Assembly: GCA_024231215.1 (NCBI GenBank)
Contig: JAAEQR010000142.1
Span: 292,593 to 356,592, forward strand
Length of the DNA stretch: 64,000 nucleotides
Source of the DNA: PVC group bacterium
GTDB taxonomy: Bacteria > Omnitrophota > Gorgyraeia > B26-G9
Direction of reading: 5' to 3'
Of this stretch, positions 29,189 through 39,957 are shown one piece after another. The position numbers were made by a program, and so were the translations under genes. Numbering within the stretch: position 1 is the first letter of the stretch; the number at the start of each line of letters is the position of its first letter. Below the pieces are notes generated by a model. It ran no database searches and was not told the DNA's origin. It was given only the letters and a program-made list of their open reading frames with translations.

Positions 29189-30352
29189 CTATTTTTGCAT
29201 ATATTGCCCTAATAAATCAAGGAATTTTATAATAATATTTTTCCAAGTATATTCCTTCATCGTGATCTTATATCCTCGCTGGGCATATTCCTGAGCCAGG
29301 GTATTATTAGCTAGAACCATGTTTATACTTTGGACCATTTCCTCCGGGGTATCAGCAAAAAATATAAAATCCTGGTTAATCTTCTCTACCTCGATAAGAC
29401 GATTGCTAATTACCGGCTTTTTCATGATCAAATATTCAAACAGCTTTAAGGGGCAGGCATTATGCGATACCGGGATAAGTTTAAACACATTAAGACAGAT
29501 ATCCATCTCCTTAATATAATAGCCAATTTTAGAATGCGGCACCGCACCAGTAAAAATCATGTTTTTTAACTGCCGTTTTTCAGCCTCCGCTTTTACCATT
29601 GAAAAATCCCGACCGCTGCCAACCATTAAAAAAGTCACCTCGGGCATCTTTTGGGCAGTATTAATAATTAAGTCAAAATCAATAAAATACTCAAAAGAAC
29701 CAACAAATCCAATCACAGGCTTAGAACAATCAATCTGAGGAGCTTCGGCCTCATTCAGCCTAAAATCATCTTCCTCTGCCCCATTCGGCACAACTTCCAC
29801 TGCCGCTGTCTCATGCCGAATTAAATCAGCCAAAGCATGGGAGACAGATAAAGTAAGATCTACTTTTGAAATCATGCTATGAATAAAAAAATCCGCAATA
29901 TCCAGAGTTAAACGATTACTGAAACGTCCTAACTCATGTTTAAGCATTTCCCGATAATCATCTGCATAATCGAAAATCTTAAAACATTTGCAAAGATTCA
30001 ACAATGGATATTGCGGAATATTATACAAAAACAATACATCTATTTCATGCTCTGCTACTATTTTTTTAACTGCCCGACGACAGCAAAAACTGTAGTAACC
30101 TTTTTTAAATAACTTATTAAAAGGTACAGTCCTACGCCAAAGAGCCTGATTAACATCAACATCAATAAGATGCAGCTTTTCAGGAAGATCTACTTCTATC
30201 TCCTGAAAGTTTGTCTCCCGGACATCTGTAGATGCAGGCGGCTGCAAAACATAGACATCATGACCCATTCTAGCTAATCGGGTAAACAGCTGATGATAAC
30301 GAGTCCAGTTGACCGCTTTCCAGCGAGCCATATAAGGAAAAAGGAATTTCAT
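29189..30352 (-). CDS. glycosyltransferase family 4 (GT-B, group 1)
   Basis: C-terminal Glycos_transf_1-like region (GSFEYFIDFDLIINTA...LNVF...CPLKLFEYL). Confidence 0.75.
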   Translation of the reverse strand: MKFLFPYMARWKAVNWTRYHQLFTRLARMGHDVYVLQPPASTDVRETNFQEIEVDLPEKLHLIDVDVNQALWRRTVPFNKLFKKGYYSFCCRRAVKKIVAEHEIDVLFLYNIPQYPLLNLCKCFKIFDYADDYREMLKHELGRFSNRLTLDIADFFIHSMISKVDLTLSVSHALADLIRHETAAVEVVPNGAEEDDFRLNEAEAPQIDCSKPVIGFVGSFEYFIDFDLIINTAQKMPEVTFLMVGSGRDFSMVKAEAEKRQLKNMIFTGAVPHSKIGYYIKEMDICLNVFKLIPVSHNACPLKLFEYLIMKKPVISNRLIEVEKINQDFIFFADTPEEMVQSINMVLANNTLAQEYAQRGYKITMKEYTWKNIIIKFLDLLGQYMQK

Positions 30353-31185
30353 CTATTCACACCTCTCCTTGAACCATTCCCACGTTTAAGCTTACGAATA
30401 ACCTCATATAGTCCAGGATATTTCTGCAAAACCTGTCTCATTTTACGTAACGGCATCCAAAGATAATATCTCACACGACTAAGCAAAGACAGTCGCCAGC
30501 CCATCCCTTCCTGAACAGCACAGATACATGGATTACAAATGCCGCAAGCGCTACCATTAGCGCGCGGACGATGGCAAAACCAAGTAAGTTGCATAAATTC
30601 ACGAAACCCTTCTTTTCTCGAAATAGTATCCATATCAACTTTCGTAAGATTAAAAATCGGAAACCGAAAATTCTTAAATACCTCAAATACGTCAACATCT
30701 TTATATTTTCGATCAATTTCAAAGCAAGCGTCTTCACCAGCCCCAGAACAAAGCATGCCTGGTTTCAATACACTAAAAACTCTACCATCCTTATCGGCTA
30801 CAGACATCTCCAAATCTTCAAGCCCCTCTTCATTCGCAAATCTAGCCAACCAATCATACTGAGATCCAATACCCTTTCTATCCCTAATTAATTCAAAGCT
30901 CTGTGTAATCTTCAGGTTTGGCAAGATATCATTCATTTCCTTGTAGCGAGTCGGCCGCAAAAGATCTTTTATTTGAGGATGCTTAGAAAATAAACGTTGT
31001 TTTATATCTTTCATCGCACGCAGTTCCAAACCGGTCGAACAGCGATCTGAATCAATTATATAATACGGCTGAACAACCTTCTCCTTTACCAGCAGCAGAT
31101 CAAGCAATCTAAACGTTGAATCCCATCCACCAGTCCATAACAAATTGACTATTTGCCGTTGCACAATTTCATTAGAATTCATCAC
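30349..31185 (-). CDS. QueC/ExsB-like PP-loop ATP pyrophosphatase family protein
   Basis: N-terminal LLWTGGWDSTF (a variant of the SGGxDS PP-loop) and a C-terminal Cys cluster (CGICNPCICAV), like the QueC zinc site. Similarity is modest. Confidence 0.45.
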   Translation of the reverse strand: MMNSNEIVQRQIVNLLWTGGWDSTFRLLDLLLVKEKVVQPYYIIDSDRCSTGLELRAMKDIKQRLFSKHPQIKDLLRPTRYKEMNDILPNLKITQSFELIRDRKGIGSQYDWLARFANEEGLEDLEMSVADKDGRVFSVLKPGMLCSGAGEDACFEIDRKYKDVDVFEVFKNFRFPIFNLTKVDMDTISRKEGFREFMQLTWFCHRPRANGSACGICNPCICAVQEGMGWRLSLLSRVRYYLWMPLRKMRQVLQKYPGLYEVIRKLKRGNGSRRGVNR

Positions 31186-32378
31186 GTATCCCCCTCATCA
31201 TTAAAATCTAATTTGCCTAGATTTTTTAAAAAAACTATCATTGAAGCAGCATGTTTTGTCCAAGTATATTTATTAATAACTTTCTCACGTGCATTTTTCC
31301 CCATACAAGTACGCATTTTATCATCTTTCAAAAGTAATATTAATGAATCCATGATTTCTTTTTTATTCATCGGCTCAAATAATAGCCCATTATTTTCATG
31401 GGCAATAGCATCCTCTACCGGACCAAGTTTAGGCCCGATTACGGGTTTAGCCATTGCCATATATTCAAATATTTTCATGGGGGAGCCATAGTTGTTAGTA
31501 TGAGGCAGTATTGCAATATCAAACGACGCTATATAATTCGGCAGTTTTTCATGGGGGATATTACCGGCAAACAAAACTTTACCGGTCAAATCCATACTCG
31601 CTATCCTTGTTTCTAAGTGTCCTCTAAGCTGTCCGTCTCCAATAAGTAAAAATCGGCAGTCGGGCTCTTTTACCAGTATCTGCGGAACAATGTCTAAAAG
31701 AAAATCCAAACCACGCACATGATTTAGGCCGCCGACAAAACCTACTATTTTTTTTCCCTGCAACCCATATTCATTCCGGACAGTATTCCCGGGAACTTCC
31801 GGAGAAAAAACTACAGGATCAGCTGCATTTGTTAGGAAAATAATTTTTTTATCTGAAATGCCAAGCTCAACTAAATGCTTTTTTAAATATGTTGAAACAA
31901 CTATTAAGGCATCTGCATCTTTAAACATTCTTACGTCAATTTTATTCGCTAAGCCCCTCAGCAACTTACTTCTTTTACGTAAAATTGGTGTGAATGATGT
32001 ATAGCTTAGCTCTAAAATAATTGGGGTGTTATTTTTTTTAGCAAATTTTACCCCGGCCCAACTAAAGATTGCATACCGCTCATAAATAAAGTCATATTTA
32101 TTCCTCTTCGCTAGTTTATTCAAGCGCTTTGTGGTTAAAAAGTTATAAGCTATTTCTAGCAATTCAAAACAAATCTCTGGAATGCATTTACTTAAATATT
32201 TAAAAAACTGGCTAATAATACCATCTCTTTGTTGCCCTCCATTCCCATCAATATTGATTTCTGCTGGGCCAATTAAATCTACAGAATGTCCCATTTTCAT
32301 AAACGCCTTTATAACTTCACGTATATGAACCCCTTCAACACCTTTACCTTGAGTTCTATGTAAATATAATATTTTCAT
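31182..32378 (-). CDS. glycosyltransferase family 4
   Basis: GT-B fold with a C-terminal GT1 motif region (GFVGGLNHVRGLDFLLD...E.FEY). Confidence 0.8.
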   Translation of the reverse strand: MKILYLHRTQGKGVEGVHIREVIKAFMKMGHSVDLIGPAEINIDGNGGQQRDGIISQFFKYLSKCIPEICFELLEIAYNFLTTKRLNKLAKRNKYDFIYERYAIFSWAGVKFAKKNNTPIILELSYTSFTPILRKRSKLLRGLANKIDVRMFKDADALIVVSTYLKKHLVELGISDKKIIFLTNAADPVVFSPEVPGNTVRNEYGLQGKKIVGFVGGLNHVRGLDFLLDIVPQILVKEPDCRFLLIGDGQLRGHLETRIASMDLTGKVLFAGNIPHEKLPNYIASFDIAILPHTNNYGSPMKIFEYMAMAKPVIGPKLGPVEDAIAHENNGLLFEPMNKKEIMDSLILLLKDDKMRTCMGKNAREKVINKYTWTKHAASMIVFLKNLGKLDFNDEGDT

Positions 32379-32392
32379 CTTTAATCGTTCCT

Positions 32393-33739
32393 CTAAGTTC
32401 TTTTCCCCGCTATCTCAGAAATTATAAATCTTCTCTTCCCAGATTCAGGCAGATCTATTTTGGCAACATAACGGACTTTTAATTCTACTTTTTCTCCAGT
32501 TAGTTCTTTAAAATTACCTATAAAAATACGTTCACTCTCCTGATTGAATTTTTCATTTTTAACAATCCTTATTTCGATAAGTTCCCGAGATTTCTGAATG
32601 ATCTGAAACTGTTCTATTCCCTCAAAATCTCTCAAATTTGTAAAACTTGTAAAAGTTAATAAGCGATCAGGCAAAACAATCATATCTGAAATACGCCCCT
32701 CCACTTTCTGCAATTTAGGTAAAGTTACTCCACATAAACAGTTTTGCTCCTCAGCCAAAACTCCCACATCACCAATTTCATATCTTATAAACGGAAATAC
32801 GTTATTAAATAAGTTGGTTATTAAAATTCGTCCGCGTTTGCCCGGCCCAACCGGCTTATTATCAGTATCAACAACCTCCAGCAAACCATATTCGCTATGA
32901 AGATGATATCCATTATGCTGTTTACACTCTGATGCCATATACATTTCTCTGCTGCCATATTGGTCAAATACTTTATTGGCGCCAAAAACCTGATTCATCT
33001 TCAACCGTTGATAATCATGCATTGTTTCCGAACTGGTAAAAAGCGCTTTTAAAAAATCCAACTTTGCATTTGGATAATTCTTCTCTATAAATAAAGCAAA
33101 ATTATAAATACCCCCGGAATACCCCCAAATCACCGTAGGTTTATGCTTATTTAGCAAAGCAAAATGCTGTTCATAAACTCCATCGCTCATATAAGCAGTG
33201 GGTAAATTAATATAATTAAGCATTAAAAACTGTAGTTTCCAATAGAGCTTTTGACGCCGGTCATATTCAAAATGCGAACCGCTCATTTGAGCCCAACATT
33301 CACCTAGATTCAAACCAGCCCATTCTGCCGCTCGATATACACTAGCTCGATTCCAGTCAAGTCCTCGCTTATCAAGAAAATAATGTGTCGGTTCGCCAGT
33401 AGATCCGCCGGTTCTTGCCGAAACAAAAAATTTCTGTTGCTCATCCACGCATTTAATCTTTTCCATATTGCTGCGAATATCTTGTTTTGTAAGTATCGGT
33501 ACTTTTTGCAATTCCGATATATCTTTAAGTGGTAACACCACACTACTTAAACGATCCTTATAGAAAGAAGAACTAGTTTTTGCCTTTAAGAGAAGCCTGT
33601 TCAACCTTTCCAACTGCCAGACAGCCAGTTTTTCTTTCGGCCAATACTGTGACTTTCTCAAGAAATCAAGCCGCTTTATCGTTTTCCTGCCGCGTAAAAC
33701 ATCGCAAAACTTGAAGAACACTCTTTCATACAAATTCAT
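32393..33739 (-). CDS. adenylate-forming enzyme of the phenylacetate-CoA ligase / F390-synthetase-like (CapK-type) family
   Basis: ARTGGSTGEPTHYF adenylation motif region; about 450 aa. Confidence 0.65.
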   Translation of the reverse strand: MNLYERVFFKFCDVLRGRKTIKRLDFLRKSQYWPKEKLAVWQLERLNRLLLKAKTSSSFYKDRLSSVVLPLKDISELQKVPILTKQDIRSNMEKIKCVDEQQKFFVSARTGGSTGEPTHYFLDKRGLDWNRASVYRAAEWAGLNLGECWAQMSGSHFEYDRRQKLYWKLQFLMLNYINLPTAYMSDGVYEQHFALLNKHKPTVIWGYSGGIYNFALFIEKNYPNAKLDFLKALFTSSETMHDYQRLKMNQVFGANKVFDQYGSREMYMASECKQHNGYHLHSEYGLLEVVDTDNKPVGPGKRGRILITNLFNNVFPFIRYEIGDVGVLAEEQNCLCGVTLPKLQKVEGRISDMIVLPDRLLTFTSFTNLRDFEGIEQFQIIQKSRELIEIRIVKNEKFNQESERIFIGNFKELTGEKVELKVRYVAKIDLPESGKRRFIISEIAGKRT

Positions 33740-35874
33740 TGTTTATAAACCTCCAAAAGGCTCCTTTTTACATTTTCCCACTTATAGTCAACTGTTTTTG
33801 CCCGAGCATTTTCAATGATTTGATAAAATAATTCCCGGTCTTCAAGCAGCCGGTATATTTTTTCAGCCATCTGTTCGTGATTATTCAGCTCGACTAAAAA
33901 TCCGGTTTTACCATCTTCTACAAGATAAGGAATACCTCCAGCAGCAGTAGTAACAACTGCTGTTCCGCTAGCAAATGCCTCGATAATCGCTACAGGCATA
34001 TTATCTACACGCGAAGCATTTAAAAAAATGTCCGCCTTTTCATGCAACTTAGCAATTTCTCTATTATTTAAACATCCACAAAAAACCACCGAATCAACTA
34101 AATTTAGCTTTTTAACTAAATCCTCCAAATTTTGTCTCTGAGTGCCATCACCAGCGATATTGAGTATTGCTTGGGTATATTTTTTCTTAACAATAGCAAA
34201 AGCTCTTATAATACATTCCACATCATACCATACCTCTAAATGCCTTGCAGTAAGAAAAGTTGGACTACAACCTTTCTCCTGCTCATATCGAAATATCCCC
34301 AGGTCTAAAATATTTGTAATCACCTGTGATTTTATATCGAATTCCGCAAAGATATCTCTTAAATATCCCGAAGGAACCACTATCCCATTCGCCATCTCAA
34401 GGGTTAATTTCGCCCAATACAATTGTTTGTTCAAAAAATCGCGCGCGCAACCTCCGTGATAATTAATTATAACCTGCTTCTTGAAAAGCTTTCCCAGAAC
34501 TACAGCCGGAGTAGTATACAAAAAAAATCCAGCATATGAATTGCTAAAAATATGGATGACCTCTATTGTCGGCACTATTGCCACCAGTTTAAATAAAAAC
34601 ACTATAAAACGAATAATTGATTTAATAACTTTTATTTTATCAAGCCAAGCAAAAGTCTTAATAAATGAAATATTAGTTTTTATCACACTTACATTAAATC
34701 CGTCTTTCCTTAAGTTATCAATAAGCAGCTCTGCCTGCACACCAATCCCACCAACTGGCGGCGGCAATTCACTAATTATAAGTATTTTTTGCGGATTCGC
34801 TCTATCATAAATTTTTTCATATTCCCGAACCATCTTACGCATGGAAAACCTCTTCTCTACCTGCTCTCTTGCTGTCCGACCTAACTTCGCAGCTAGCTCA
34901 CTATCAGACAAAACGTTATTTATTGCATCAGCTAATGCTTCCGGGTTCTGAGACGGAACCAAAATACCACTTTTATCATCCTGGATGACTTCCTGAATAC
35001 CTCCCACATTAGTTGCCACAATAGGCAACCCTGTAGCCATAGCCTCAAGCAAAGTAATCGGCATCCCTTCATCTACAGAACTCAGCACAAAAATATCAAG
35101 CTGACTCATCAATGCCGCAATATCTCTTCTCTGTCCGGTAAAAATAACATTCTCTGCTATTCCTAATTCCCTACTATGTTCAATAAGTTGATTTTTTAAA
35201 CTACCATCCCCAATAACATATAATTTTAAACTATTATTTTTTGCGGTTAATATCTTAAATGCATCAAGTAATGTTTTATGATCTTTTACCGGCTCTAACC
35301 TGGCAACAATCCCAATATGTTTTCCTTTTTTGCTCTTATTAACTTCCCCAGACTTAAAAGAATCCGTATCAATCCCGTTATAAACAACTTTTATCTTTTT
35401 AGCATCTATATTCTGTTCCTTTTGCATAAATTCAGCCACATCACCCGCTACAGCAATAATCGAATTGCTTCTTTTTGCCAGCATAGTCTCAGCACGAAGC
35501 AACCCTTTGCGTCTTAAACCTATGTTTGAATGTTTTGTATGCACAAGCTTAACCTTAGGCACCAGCATACTAGCCAATCCCGCATAAAGCCATGGCGTTG
35601 CATTATGCGTATGGATAATATTAATACCCTGCTTTTTAATAAGTTTGCGCAATTTAAATGGCAGCAACCAATCCAAACCTTCTTTTTTCTTAACCACATA
35701 AACCGGAATATTGATTTTTTTAAATTCCGGCTCCAAACTTCCATTTTCACAGAAAACACAAATAGAAGGATCGTACTTATCGCGATCTAAACGTTTTAAA
35801 AAATTAAGCAGTAACACCTCTAGCCCACCGACATCTAAATAAGAACTGATATATAAAATTTTGGTCCTCTTCAT
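33736..35874 (-). CDS. tandem (fused) family-4 glycosyltransferase, two GT-B modules
   Basis: Two successive GT1-type halves: aa 1-360 (E.M..G.P) and aa 360-712 (NASRVDNMPVAIIEAFASGTAVV). Confidence 0.8.
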   Translation of the reverse strand: MKRTKILYISSYLDVGGLEVLLLNFLKRLDRDKYDPSICVFCENGSLEPEFKKINIPVYVVKKKEGLDWLLPFKLRKLIKKQGINIIHTHNATPWLYAGLASMLVPKVKLVHTKHSNIGLRRKGLLRAETMLAKRSNSIIAVAGDVAEFMQKEQNIDAKKIKVVYNGIDTDSFKSGEVNKSKKGKHIGIVARLEPVKDHKTLLDAFKILTAKNNSLKLYVIGDGSLKNQLIEHSRELGIAENVIFTGQRRDIAALMSQLDIFVLSSVDEGMPITLLEAMATGLPIVATNVGGIQEVIQDDKSGILVPSQNPEALADAINNVLSDSELAAKLGRTAREQVEKRFSMRKMVREYEKIYDRANPQKILIISELPPPVGGIGVQAELLIDNLRKDGFNVSVIKTNISFIKTFAWLDKIKVIKSIIRFIVFLFKLVAIVPTIEVIHIFSNSYAGFFLYTTPAVVLGKLFKKQVIINYHGGCARDFLNKQLYWAKLTLEMANGIVVPSGYLRDIFAEFDIKSQVITNILDLGIFRYEQEKGCSPTFLTARHLEVWYDVECIIRAFAIVKKKYTQAILNIAGDGTQRQNLEDLVKKLNLVDSVVFCGCLNNREIAKLHEKADIFLNASRVDNMPVAIIEAFASGTAVVTTAAGGIPYLVEDGKTGFLVELNNHEQMAEKIYRLLEDRELFYQIIENARAKTVDYKWENVKRSLLEVYKQ

Positions 35875-37170
35875 CTAAAATAATCTTTCCTTTAACGCTA
35901 AGAGCCGGGTACTGATAAGTACCCTTATCCTGCCCCAAACTAGCCCCGCTCCCTCAAACTTAGACGGCGTAGTATCTTTTATCACTAATTTTCGCTGAGC
36001 ACTACATAATACCATAGACTCTCCGCCGGCCAAATCACCAATAATAATTTCACCTTCTTCATTAGCAAGTATCTTATCTCCGGCAGAATTATAGAATACC
36101 TGCCCCGGATCCGCAATAATTGTCAATCCTTCTATCTCTTCTTTATTTTTATTCTCAACAACAAGCGCATTATCTATTTTAGACAAATAAACTTTTTTCA
36201 ATAATAGCAATCTGTCTAAAAAATCTGATACCGTCGGAAACCAGCCATCTTTTTGCTGAGACAGCTTAATCAACTGATTCTTAATATCTTTTTTCACATA
36301 ATAATTACCCGAATCGTCTTTTCGGCAAAAATTAGACCCTAAATGAGTATAAACGATACATGCACCACGTTCTTTTACCAGCTTGTGAATATTCCGGTCA
36401 CTCAAAAGCTCTTTAAATACCTTGCCTGTCTGCGCGTTAGAAAAAGAAAACCAATAGTTTACATAGGGCTTATTCGGATCATGGTAAGGCATACTTGGAT
36501 TAAATTTTAATGTATTAGTATCCGGAGTTCCCCACATCCGCACATATTTAGTCTTCTCTTTACATACATCTCCCCAAAAATAGGGACTCTTCGGGTCTTC
36601 ACCGAAAAACTCCCGTTTATCATAGAAACTAACTAATTTTTGCAAAAAAGGATTTGTGAATACTTTTTTACCCCAGTATATATTTTCTCTATTCTTTGAA
36701 TGCATAATTTCGATTTTGGGATAATCTCCGAAAAACTCTTTAAAGTTTTCATATCCTTTGATTATCTCCTGCCGAAAATCATGTCCACCGGAAACTCCAT
36801 GCAAGGCAATCTCAAATCCCTTACTCTGCAGATCCTGAACAAATTTAAGATATTCCGGAGATTCACAGGTCTGGCCTTTATAGAGGAAGAGCCCATCCTG
36901 AAACATTCCGGCGACATGCTCAGCTTCTTTGACCCATACCGCAACTGTGGTACGAAACCCTAGCTCATACAACAAATCATATATCGGTTTAACTCTGGCA
37001 ACCAAAGTACTATCCGGATCATCTGTAATCGTAAAAACAAAATTCTGCGCCTCAGGATATGGCGACAAATAAATCCCCCTAGTCGCTGACTGTCTCCAGA
37101 TAAATATCCCACAGAGCAGAAAAAAAGCAACAATCCCGGCAACAATACCTTTTTTATTAATTTTTTTCAT
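35875..37170 (-). CDS. membrane-anchored hypothetical protein, possibly polysaccharide-deacetylase-like
   Basis: N-terminal TM helix. FTITDDPD...ALHG pattern is loosely reminiscent of NodB-type deacetylases; the assignment is weak. Confidence 0.35.
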   Translation of the reverse strand: MKKINKKGIVAGIVAFFLLCGIFIWRQSATRGIYLSPYPEAQNFVFTITDDPDSTLVARVKPIYDLLYELGFRTTVAVWVKEAEHVAGMFQDGLFLYKGQTCESPEYLKFVQDLQSKGFEIALHGVSGGHDFRQEIIKGYENFKEFFGDYPKIEIMHSKNRENIYWGKKVFTNPFLQKLVSFYDKREFFGEDPKSPYFWGDVCKEKTKYVRMWGTPDTNTLKFNPSMPYHDPNKPYVNYWFSFSNAQTGKVFKELLSDRNIHKLVKERGACIVYTHLGSNFCRKDDSGNYYVKKDIKNQLIKLSQQKDGWFPTVSDFLDRLLLLKKVYLSKIDNALVVENKNKEEIEGLTIIADPGQVFYNSAGDKILANEEGEIIIGDLAGGESMVLCSAQRKLVIKDTTPSKFEGAGLVWGRIRVLISTRLLALKERLF

Positions 37171-37172
37171 AC

Positions 37173-38456
37173 CTAAATTATCCTCACATATGCAATTATA
37201 TAAATCACGACAATTACCCCCACCATTCCTAAAAGAATATTCTTTACATCGTGTTTAGTAAAATCTATCTTTAATCCCTGTATATTCTTTGCCGCGACAT
37301 TAGCAAAAGCTGTACAAAGACCAAACCAGACAAACAAAATAGCGCTTTCAATCGTTAGGAACATTGCACATACCTTAAACGCAATAAAACTACAAAATAA
37401 TGCCCGGGCCTCGGAAATAAATCTTTCATTCGACGGCTCCTGCTTTAAATTCATCACTTGCAATAGTACTTTTAAACAATAATAAATCATTCCTATCCAG
37501 AAAAAGAAACCAATCAATCCAGTCTCGGCAAATGTCTGAACAAAACTGTTATGCGCTCTCAACCCCCGATAAGAATACCTTTCAAAAAAACCTTTACCTA
37601 CACCAAAAAGCGGATTTTTTGTGAGCATTACAACGCCCTGCTTCCAGACCCAAGTACGATGATATGCCGAGGCTTCAGTAGTATTTAACTGTGCCATCCG
37701 GGAAGGCGCAAATTTTATGGCCATAAGCATGATAATCAGAACAAACGGAATAATAATTGCCTTTCGCTTAAACTTCACAAAGAAATATACACACAATGTT
37801 GCCATTAATGCCAGATATCCTCCTCGGGAATTAGTCAGATATACTGTATAGACAATAACTCCAAAAAAAACAAAATTTAATAATTTAATTAAAAGCTGCT
37901 TCTTGCTAAAAATATATTCCAGGGTGAAAGGAATCGCGATCAATAGAATAAATGAATAAATATTTGCGCCATCCCATTGCCCTACCCAAGTTATCCGGTG
38001 AAATCCCTGACGAACCCAATTCGAATACCAAGACTGTCCGGCCCATCCAATCCCGCTGTGTAAAGATTGATAAACACCCTGATAAGCTAAAGCCACGCTA
38101 AGTACTAAAATACACTTCAAGGTCCAAGACATTTGCCGGGGCGAAATAATAATCAACGGAAACATCGAAAAAATAATTAAATATTTTAAAAACCCCATAG
38201 TCTGAAAGATGCCTGTGCTTACATGACCATGGGCCAGGTTGGACACAAAAATCATTAAAACAAAAGCACTCACAAAATAGTAATGTGGTAGTTTTACAGT
38301 TAAATAGTCTTTGAGCACCATCCGCCGTAACAATGCGAAAAATAAAGTTGCGGAAATAACAATATAGTCAACCGGCAATCCCCTCAGTGCTGGCATCCAG
38401 TCCTGAGGACGAACATAAAGATTAAATAGATATGTAAACAATCCTAATAATGCCAT
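37173..38456 (-). CDS. O-antigen ligase / Wzy-like polymerase family membrane protein (PEP-CTERM-locus O-antigen-ligase-like)
   Basis: About 10-12 TM helices and an NSRGGYLAL motif typical of the Wzy_C/O-antigen ligase domain. Confidence 0.7.
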   Translation of the reverse strand: MALLGLFTYLFNLYVRPQDWMPALRGLPVDYIVISATLFFALLRRMVLKDYLTVKLPHYYFVSAFVLMIFVSNLAHGHVSTGIFQTMGFLKYLIIFSMFPLIIISPRQMSWTLKCILVLSVALAYQGVYQSLHSGIGWAGQSWYSNWVRQGFHRITWVGQWDGANIYSFILLIAIPFTLEYIFSKKQLLIKLLNFVFFGVIVYTVYLTNSRGGYLALMATLCVYFFVKFKRKAIIIPFVLIIMLMAIKFAPSRMAQLNTTEASAYHRTWVWKQGVVMLTKNPLFGVGKGFFERYSYRGLRAHNSFVQTFAETGLIGFFFWIGMIYYCLKVLLQVMNLKQEPSNERFISEARALFCSFIAFKVCAMFLTIESAILFVWFGLCTAFANVAAKNIQGLKIDFTKHDVKNILLGMVGVIVVIYIIAYVRII

Positions 38457-38459
38457 AAG

Positions 38460-39035
38460 CTACCTTCCTTTTTCCGCTACTATGTAAAAAGATTTTTCAA
38501 AAAAAGCCATTAAATATTTCATTTTAAATGTATCGGAAAAAAATTTAATAATTTTTTTAAATTTATTCTGCGAATGATATTTCCGATAAAATTCATTCAA
38601 TGCTGGTTTATCTAGGCTATAAATAGCCTGTGGTGAAACATAATTCGGATACACTAAAAATACATTTATGTTTTCATAGCCGGCATTTTTAAGCAGTTTT
38701 TTATATCCACAGTAATTATAATCAGCTTTTCCCCAGTTATTTAAACACCATTTATTTTTTACAGCCAAGGCAACTTTACCTCCCGAGGTCAAAGCATCTT
38801 TTACCTTTTTCAAATCCCCCATCTTATCGAAAACATCAACTAGACTTCCGTTAAACACAACTAAATCAATGCTGCAATCTTTTAGATCAAGCTTATCATG
38901 ACTAACTATATCTACCTGTTTATATTCCTCTTTTAATCCAGATAAAATATCCGCACTTCCAGACCCTATAATTACTGCAGTATTACGCCTTGGCACTTGA
39001 ACTAATTTATAAAATTTTTCCTGTTGAGATCTCAT
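38460..39035 (-). CDS. putative class I SAM-dependent methyltransferase-like protein
   Basis: Rossmann-like GSGSADIL...DLVVFNGSL pattern. Weak. Confidence 0.35.
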   Translation of the reverse strand: MRSQQEKFYKLVQVPRRNTAVIIGSGSADILSGLKEEYKQVDIVSHDKLDLKDCSIDLVVFNGSLVDVFDKMGDLKKVKDALTSGGKVALAVKNKWCLNNWGKADYNYCGYKKLLKNAGYENINVFLVYPNYVSPQAIYSLDKPALNEFYRKYHSQNKFKKIIKFFSDTFKMKYLMAFFEKSFYIVAEKGR

Positions 39036-39036
39036 C

Positions 39037-39957
39037 TCAGTTTAGCCCCTTCCGGATAAATCGCTGCCAATCAGCAGACTTAAAAAGATACTCTATCATT
39101 CCGGTTATCCTATCAATAATTGTATCTGCATAATTAAGTCTCTTTTTCAAAAACATAAATCCCGTTAAATAAAAGGGGAATAAAAATGCAAATGTACGGC
39201 TATCCAAATCAAGCCCCTTATATACTCCCGACCCAAACTTTCGTTCAGTCATTCTTATAAAGCTGTCCACCGACCCAACCGCAGAATTATAAGTATTACT
39301 ATGATGCAAAAAACTAGCTAAAAAAGTTGCAAAGTCAAATCCCGGCCATCTAATTCGGCCATAGTCCTCCCAGTCAAACACAAACAACATGCCATTATCT
39401 CTGACTCCTAAATTAGTAAATGTAAAATCGCCGTGCTGAGGAACTTCTAATAAACGCTGTAAAACTACCGGAACAGCACTATTAAAATAATCCTTATAAT
39501 CCACAGATAGACCCAATGATTTTTCTACACAAGGCATCAACTCAGCAAAATTTATCTGCTCACAAAATAATTTTATTTCTCTTGCATCTTTAACCCTATG
39601 TAAACAGATTAGTACATCTACAACCTGCTTTGCAATACTCGGCGATGCCATATCCGCCACATTCAACTCTCTTTGCGCAACATAAGGCACAACGCTAAGT
39701 GTATTCTGCTCATCCTGGAAAAACCCATCCGGCTTTACCGTATACTCTTTCAAATAATCCGCCAAAAAACTTAAAGTTTCATATTCATAATATCCCTTTT
39801 TATTAGAGTATATCTTGAGCAACCGGGAGCCTGAGTTATTTGAAAAATAAATTATTTTCATAGCCCGGTCACTCATGTGCGTAACAACAATCGAATTGTT
39901 TTGGGCATCAACTAACCCACTTTTATATACTTGACTTAAGAGACTTCCTATTTTCAT
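39037..39957 (-). CDS. aminoglycoside-phosphotransferase-fold kinase (APH/choline-kinase-like)
   Basis: Brenner motif HGDFTFTN and the downstream DWEDYG (DFG-equivalent). Confidence 0.55.
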   Translation of the reverse strand: MKIGSLLSQVYKSGLVDAQNNSIVVTHMSDRAMKIIYFSNNSGSRLLKIYSNKKGYYEYETLSFLADYLKEYTVKPDGFFQDEQNTLSVVPYVAQRELNVADMASPSIAKQVVDVLICLHRVKDAREIKLFCEQINFAELMPCVEKSLGLSVDYKDYFNSAVPVVLQRLLEVPQHGDFTFTNLGVRDNGMLFVFDWEDYGRIRWPGFDFATFLASFLHHSNTYNSAVGSVDSFIRMTERKFGSGVYKGLDLDSRTFAFLFPFYLTGFMFLKKRLNYADTIIDRITGMIEYLFKSADWQRFIRKGLN

